A DNA stretch of 64,000 nucleotides from Methanotrichaceae archaeon (lineage in GTDB: Archaea > Halobacteriota > Methanosarcinia > Methanotrichales > Methanotrichaceae). The stretch spans positions 160,001-224,000 of the forward strand of contig CAWEXU010000030.1 in assembly GCA_963813075.1 (NCBI GenBank), written 5' to 3'. Below the pieces are notes generated by a model that was given only the letters and a program-made list of their open reading frames with translations, did not search any database and had not been told where the DNA came from. Numbering within the stretch: the first letter of the stretch is position 1; each line of letters starts with the position of its first letter. Shown here piece after piece: positions 57,908 through 64,000 of this stretch. The position numbers were made by a program, and so were the translations under genes.

Positions 57908-60900
57908 TTATTTGAAATCGAGAGATAGGCTTCCGACATCAGAACTTGAGATGGCTCCGCTGGCATCCAGGCAGAGCACTTTGTATTCGTATCTTCCCGG
58001 CTCACCCCAGTTGATATCTGCTGGCAGGGCTACGCTCATCTGAGCACAATCGCCTGTGCATGCTCCTCCGGCATTCGTCACCTTCTGCTTCATTTCATTG
58101 CTGTACCTTGGCAGGCTGTAGTCTTTGCAGAACATGCGATCGCAGCCCTTTGCACATATTATAGGCAGACTGATGTCAGGAGCATAGGCATTGCATTCGC
58201 ATTCAACTATCACATTGCCCGTGGCAGCGGGGCATACCTTCGGTTGCGGGCTGCAGTCAACCGCGTAGCTGCCGCCGGTCACAAATCCCGTATTGGCATC
58301 ACTTGTCACACTACCAAGATCGATCTGAGGCATCTGGTCACAGACCTGGGAGCCTTTGCCCTGGCAGTTGGCCACAATCAGAGCCGCCAAATCCTCTTTG
58401 GTCAGGTCACAGCCAATAGTGATATCTTCCGCATAGGCCACACAGGAGCATATATCTGGCTCGCAAGCAGATATGACCTGTCCGGTGCAGGTGGATTCGC
58501 AATCCTCCAGATCCTCCAGGACCTCATATCCAGCACCTGCATGGCACAGAACGCTGTATGTATAGTCGTCTGCCAGCACATACCCCGTTTTCTGATCCAC
58601 TGGCCAGTCAGGGAACTGCCAATAAGGAGTCTCATCGCATTCCCCACAGGGTGCAGGGTTTGACTGCATGATAAAAGCTTCCATCTCATCCGGATACATG
58701 CACCCATCCTGCGACAGGCTGACCAGCTCGCAATTGCACTTCATGACCACGGTGATACTGACCGTTCCCTGGTCACAATCGCGGTCATCGTCGCAGATCC
58801 TGTAGTTGAAGCTATCTACGCCGCTCCACCCTCTGTCAGGGGTATAGGTGTATGTACCGTCGTCGTTAAAAACCACATCACCGTTTGCGGGATTCGTCAA
58901 CCTGGACCAGGTGTTGCCTCCATCCTCAGAGAGGTAATCGTTGTCTGCTGCACTTCCGCTCACCGGCTTATCCTGGCATGTGCTGGCTGTGTCGCTGACG
59001 GCAGTGGGAGCGTCGTCGATGCACTCTACTGTAATGATAACAGAGGCGGTATCGGAATCGCCGTCGTTATCGGTCAGAGCATAGGTGAAGCTGTCCTTGC
59101 CGCAATATTTCTCAGATGGGGTATAAGTGTATGTGCCATCTGGATTGAAGATCAGATCGCCATTTACTGGATCCGTCAGCTTGGACCAGGTGTTTCCTCC
59201 ATCATCGGATAGCTCATCGTTGCCTGATACGCTGCCGCTAACTGAAGTATCTTCGGTGGTTGAAGCTTCATCGTCGTTGGCCACCGGGAGGTCATTGACG
59301 CACTCAATGGTGATTACCACCTTTGCCGTATCGGAATCGCCGTCGTTATCGGTCAGAGTATAGGTGAAGCTGTCCTTGCCGCAATATTTCTCAGACGGGG
59401 TATAGGTGAATGTGCCGTCCGGATTGAAGATGCAGTCGCCGTTGACGGATCCGTCAGCTTGGACCAGGTGTTTCCGCCATCATCGGATAGCTCATCGTTG
59501 CCTGATACGCTGCCGCTAACTGAAGTATCTTCGGTGGTGGAAGCGGTATCGTCGTTGGCCACCGGCAGGTCATTGACGCACTCAATGGTGATTACCACCT
59601 TTGCCGTATCGGAATCGCCATCGTTATCGGTCAGAGTATAGGTGAAGCTGTCCTTGCCGCAATATTTCTCAGACGGGGTATAGGTGAATGTGCCGTCCGG
59701 ATTTACAGATGCCGTGCCGTGGGCGGGAGCCGGTTTTCATGGACCAGGTGTTGCCGCCATCATCGGATAGCTCATCGTTGCCTGATACGCTGCCGCTAAC
59801 CGGAGTATCTTCGGTGGTTGAAGCTGTATCGTCGTTGGCCTCCGGCAGGTCATTGACGCACTCAATGGTGATTACCACCTTTGCCGTATCGGAATCGCCA
59901 TCGATTATCGGTCAGAGTATAGGTGAAGCTGTCCTTGCCGCAATATTTCTCAGACGGGGTATAGGTGAATGTGCCGTCCGGATTTACAGTATGCCGTGCC
60001 GTGGGCGGGATCGGTTTTCATAGACCAGGTGTTGCCGCCATCATCGGATAGCTCATCGTTGCCTGATACGCTGCCGCTAACTGGTGTATCTTCGGTGGTT
60101 GAAGCCGTATCGTCGTTAGCCACCGGCAGGTCATTGACGCACTCAATGGTGATTACCACCTTTGCCATATCGGAATCGCCATCGTTATCGGCCAGAGTAT
60201 AGGTGAAGCTGTCCTTGCCGCAATATTTCTCAGACGGGGTATAGGTGAATGTGCCGTCTGGATTTACAGATGCCGTGCCGTGGGCGGGATCGGTTTTCAA
60301 AGACCAGGTGTTGCCGCCATCATCGGATAGCTCATCGTTGCCTGATACGCTGCCGCTAACTGAAGTATCTTCGGTGGTCGAAGCGGTATCGTCGTTAGCC
60401 ACCGGCACGTCATTGACGCATTCAATGGTGATTACCACCTTTGCCGTATCGGAATCGCCGTCGACATCGGTCAGAGTATAGGTGAAGCTGTCCTTGCCGC
60501 AATATTTCTCAGACGGGGCATAGGTGAATGTGCCATCCGGATTTACATATGCCGTGCCGTGGGCGGGGCCGGTTTTCAAAGACCAGGTGTTGCCGCCATC
60601 ATCGGATAGCTCGTCGTTGCCGGATACGCTGCCGCTAACTGGAAGTATCTTCGGTGGTCGAAGCGGTATCGTCGTTGGCCACCGGCAGGTCATTGACGCA
60701 CTCAATGGTGATTACCACCTTTGCCGTATCGGAATCGCCATCGGCATCGGTCAGAGTATAGGTGAAGCTGTCCTTGCCGCAATAGTTCTCAGACGGGGTA
60801 TAGGTGAATGTGCCGTCCGGATTTACATATGCCGTGCCGTGGGCGGGGCCGGTTTTCAAAGACCAGGTGTTGCCGCCATCATCAGATAGCTCATCGTTGC

Positions 60901-62148
60901 CAGATAGGCTGCCGCTAACTGAAGTATCTTCGGTGGTTGAAGCTTCATCGTCGTTAGCCACCGGCAGGTCATTGACGCACTCAATGGTGATTACCACCTT
61001 TGCCGTATCGGAATCGCCGTCGACATCGGTCAGAGTATAGGTGAAGCTGTCCTTGCCGCAATATTTCTCAGACGGGGTATAGGTGAATGTGCCGTCCGGA
61101 TTGAAGATGCGATGCCGTGGGCGGGCTCGGTTTTCAAAGACCAGGTGTTGCCGCCATCATCAGATAGCTCATCGTTGCCGGATAGGCTGCCGCTAACTGA
61201 AGTATCTTCGGTGGTAGAAGCGATATCGTCGTTGGCCTCCGGCAGGTCATTGACGCACTCAATGGTGATTACCACCTTTGCCATATCGGAATCGCCGTCG
61301 GTATCGGTCAGAGTATAGGTGAAGCTGTCCTTGCCGCAATATTTCTCAGACGGGGTATAAGTGAATGTGCCGTCCGGGTTTACATATGCCGTGCCGTGGG
61401 CGGGCCTGGTTTTCAAAGACCAGGTATTTCCACCATCATCGGATAGCATATCATTGCCGGATAGGCTGCCGCTAACCGGGGTGCCTTTGGCGGTTGCCGC
61501 TGTGTCATCAACGGCATCGGGCACACCATCTGCACAATCTCTGAGGATTATCTGTCCACAGCGGGATTGTGTTCCCGAGCAATCTATGCAAAATGAATAC
61601 GTTCCCGCCACAGGACGGCCGTTTTTATCCAGGTCGACATCGTCTAGATCGATGAGTGCGGTGACATCTCCGCATCCAATACAACCCGCGCCTGCCTCTT
61701 CGAGGATATCTCTAATATCATCTAGATCCGCAGGCAGACAGATAGGATCTATGCTGGGAATATTGGTCAAACATGAGCATGATATTTGGAGCTTGGCTGT
61801 CGACGGGTACTGTGCCTTACATTCGGCACTGGTGGCATTATACTTGAATTGCACATAGGTGCCCTGCGGGATATTCGGGGATGGCGAATAGACAAAAGAT
61901 CCGTTTGCCGCAACCTTTATGAATCCATATTTGGGATCGATCGTAATCGATTCAGGATCCAGAACTGCAACCGCTTGCGCATCGTTTGCCAGAATTCCCT
62001 GGCTTTCGGGAACCACTTTTATAACCCCGCATTGGGCGTAATATAGTTCGTCCCGGATAAACCAGGGGCATTTAGCTGATGAGAGAGATGAAACTAAAAT
62101 TAATAGAATTGATATAATAAGAACACGTTTAATCCATGAAATACCCAT
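57908..62148 (-). CDS. Large secreted adhesin-like protein (CPWF paralogue A, ~1410 aa reconstructed) with ten tandem-95/cadherin-like repeats; broken by about 6 single-base indels
   Basis: N-terminal CPWFIRDELYYAQCG; 93-aa repeats NDLPVANDDTASTTEDT.VSGSVSGND...HG..VNPDGTFTYTPSEKYCGKDSFTYTLTD.DGDSDTAKVVITIECV; C-terminal Cys modules. Confidence 0.82.
58745..61530. repeat. Ten tandem ~279-bp intragenic repeats
   Basis: Anchor (C/T)TCAATGGTGATTACCACC at 59303, 59581, 59861, 60142, 60421, 60701, 60980 and 61258, with a variant at 59024; spacings 278-281. Confidence 0.92.
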
Positions 62149-62310
62149 GACATCTGCCTCCGTCCAAGCCATAAGTAGTTCTGCATCCTATTAAGCAGAG
62201 ACGAATAGTTGGTGCGGATGACAGTTAATGGCTTTAAGTTCCACTCGACTACCAATGGTATGCTAACTTCTTATCAAGGCAGCGCAAAAAAATTAAGGTT
62301 CACATCATCT

Positions 62311-62850
62311 TTAATCAAAGATGAACTCGGCTTCTGCTTTGCCCAGATTGTAATATTCCACGCTGTAGTTCAAGGCATCCATGCCGGCTGTGGAGTATTT
62401 TGATTTCCTGGTTTCAAATAGTTTCGCCATATTGTAAAGATATATGTTGAAATATTGCATGGAATTTATAGTATAGTTATGGAAATCTCTATATTCTTCT
62501 GATGGCGTAATGCTCTGCGCTTCGGCCAGGCCCTGCGAATTCAGAACCAGTAGGGAAGCGAAAGCAACCATAGAATCTCTCCTGATGGATTCGTTCGTAG
62601 TATTGCTCTGTTTTGTGGCATTCAGTATCTCGAACTGATAGTCCAAATTCTCAACAAAAGAGTTCCAGATCCTTCTCTCCGCCACCTCTTCAGCCGTCTC
62701 AGTCTCCTCTTGTACCTGCATGACCTTCAGAACAGGCTGATCTACCACAGGTGATGAGCTTGCATCCTGTGCAGATGCCGCCTGCATGCTCAACATTGCA
62801 GTTGCAACCAGTATTAGTAGCGCCAATAAAGCATTTATTCTCGATCTCAT
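62311..62850 (-). CDS. Secreted helical hypothetical protein
   Basis: Signal peptide MRSRINALLALLILVATAMLSMQAASA; ITPSEEYRDFH motif typical of helical bundles. Confidence 0.65.
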   Translation of the reverse strand: MRSRINALLALLILVATAMLSMQAASAQDASSSPVVDQPVLKVMQVQEETETAEEVAERRIWNSFVENLDYQFEILNATKQSNTTNESIRRDSMVAFASLLVLNSQGLAEAQSITPSEEYRDFHNYTINSMQYFNIYLYNMAKLFETRKSKYSTAGMDALNYSVEYYNLGKAEAEFIFD

Positions 62851-62878
62851 TTCAACTCCTCATTCAATTTATCTTAAT

Positions 62879-63760
62879 TCAATTTATTGTCAAGCTTGAA
62901 TCATTCAGCGCCGAACGGCACAGGCATGACCAAGCGGCTCTAAGCGAATAGTCCAGCCCGGGATAGGCAGAGGGACAGCAATCCAGCATGTCCCCCATAT
63001 CGTCCTCCTTAAATTGGAAACTATGCTCGGAGGTAACCTTTTTGCTCATCTCGAATGAGCCAATGTAATCCTCCTCGATATATTCGTCTGGTGATTTGAA
63101 TTTGAATCCTGAATAAATATCTGACTCCGAGGCCAGTTGAAGCACTGTGCTATAATTCTCTCCCACAAACTCATCTATACCACTGGGGACAACCTCTGCC
63201 TTGATCAGTGCATTCCTATATTTTGCAAGGAAAGCGGACGATTCAGAGAATTTCTTGGCTTGGTAGCGGGTCATTATTTCTTCATCATTATTTTTGAAGG
63301 TATTCCTTTTAGATATGCCCTCTCCTCTATACATGATCTCGTCAACGCTCATCAGATAAGATGGCATGCTCTCATTTATATCTACGTTATATTTTTCGGC
63401 GTTATTTGATACAACTTCCTCAATAGTGACATAGTTCACGGAGCTTCCTGCGGATATAAGGCTGTCTTCCTTAAGCCGGCCCTCTTTTGTATAGGTGTTC
63501 TCCTTAAAACTAACGTCATCTAGCCCCTTGAGAAATACGTACTTGGAAGAGTTGCCATCGCCCTTGTAGTGGCTTTCTGAGTTGAACTCATAGACCGATG
63601 TGAAACGGCTCCGGCTCCAGGAGGTACTGTTGCTGCTATCGTTGACGGTGACGGAAATATCGTACCCAGTCCTACCCTCGGCCAATAATAATGTCATCAA
63701 CATTAATATGAAAACGCAAATTACCCCGGATCTGATATTCTCTCGCCCTCCTTTGGCCAT
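62879..63760 (-). CDS. Secreted protein, distant member of the P1 superfamily
   Basis: ESHYKGDG, MTRYQAKKF, EEDYIGSFEMSKKV, tail DMLDCC...WSCLC resembling DWLPCC...FDCTC of 28376-29323. Confidence 0.65.
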   Translation of the reverse strand: MAKGGRENIRSGVICVFILMLMTLLLAEGRTGYDISVTVNDSSNSTSWSRSRFTSVYEFNSESHYKGDGNSSKYVFLKGLDDVSFKENTYTKEGRLKEDSLISAGSSVNYVTIEEVVSNNAEKYNVDINESMPSYLMSVDEIMYRGEGISKRNTFKNNDEEIMTRYQAKKFSESSAFLAKYRNALIKAEVVPSGIDEFVGENYSTVLQLASESDIYSGFKFKSPDEYIEEDYIGSFEMSKKVTSEHSFQFKEDDMGDMLDCCPSAYPGLDYSLRAAWSCLCRSALNDSSLTIN

Positions 63761-64000
63761 ATTCCTGTTAAGCTTTTTGATACATATATCTTTTGCTGAT
63801 GCTTAATTGAAATAAGGATGATATTCTCTGAAAATTAATTGCACATTATTTTAAAAATAGGAGATGATGACTGCAAAATCATCAAGCTCAGCGGTAAAGC
63901 TTCCAGATACCAGTCTTATCACCGTTTCCTAAAGCGCGCTTCTCGCGGGTGTAAGAGTGCATAACTTGTCCGGTATCTTTAGAAAATTCTTTCTTGCCGT

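Noticed and set aside
58745..61530. Tandem repeats as a CRISPR array
   Set aside because: The units are 279-bp coding repeats without unique spacers, and no cas genes are present.

Overview
Archaeal chromosome segment, most likely a Methanothrix (Methanosaeta)-like methanogen. This is inferred from the tandem-duplicated Methanosarcinales-type S-layer gene with a PGF-CTERM tail, archaeal CCA enzyme, rps6e and NrpR. 1-15.8 kb is intact housekeeping DNA: tsr3, hsp20, ribBA, amrS, S-layer, HDAC, cca, thpR, ilvD, SSS transporter, GGR, rps6e, nrpR, tRNA-Gln and tRNA-Glu. 16-22 kb is a tandem array of secreted, beta-rich, Cys-containing paralogues with a fixed scaffold and two hypervariable Cys-rich loops (candidate sheath/amyloid subunits); distant relatives sit at 28.4 kb and 62.9 kb. 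30.9-44 kb is a nickel island: nikR, a Nik/Opp ABC operon with an embedded methyltransferase, three DUF4198-like proteins, NikM(KL-like)QO and five NikR-geometry operator candidates. It ends in an unannotated 41-aa His/Cys microprotein (Hpn-like) that is missing from the ORF track. 47-64 kb is an extracellular-structure cluster: a secreted rhodanese with a rewired active site, a GEVED protein, an operon led by a Q/N-repeat protein, a secreted caspase-like peptidase and three Cys-rich modular paralogues, one carrying ten 279-bp tandem repeats. Beyond about 33 kb many genes carry single-base indels, most likely uncorrected sequencing error. Gene models there were reconstructed by hand and need read-level checking. 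No CRISPR array, rRNA or intact transposase was seen.
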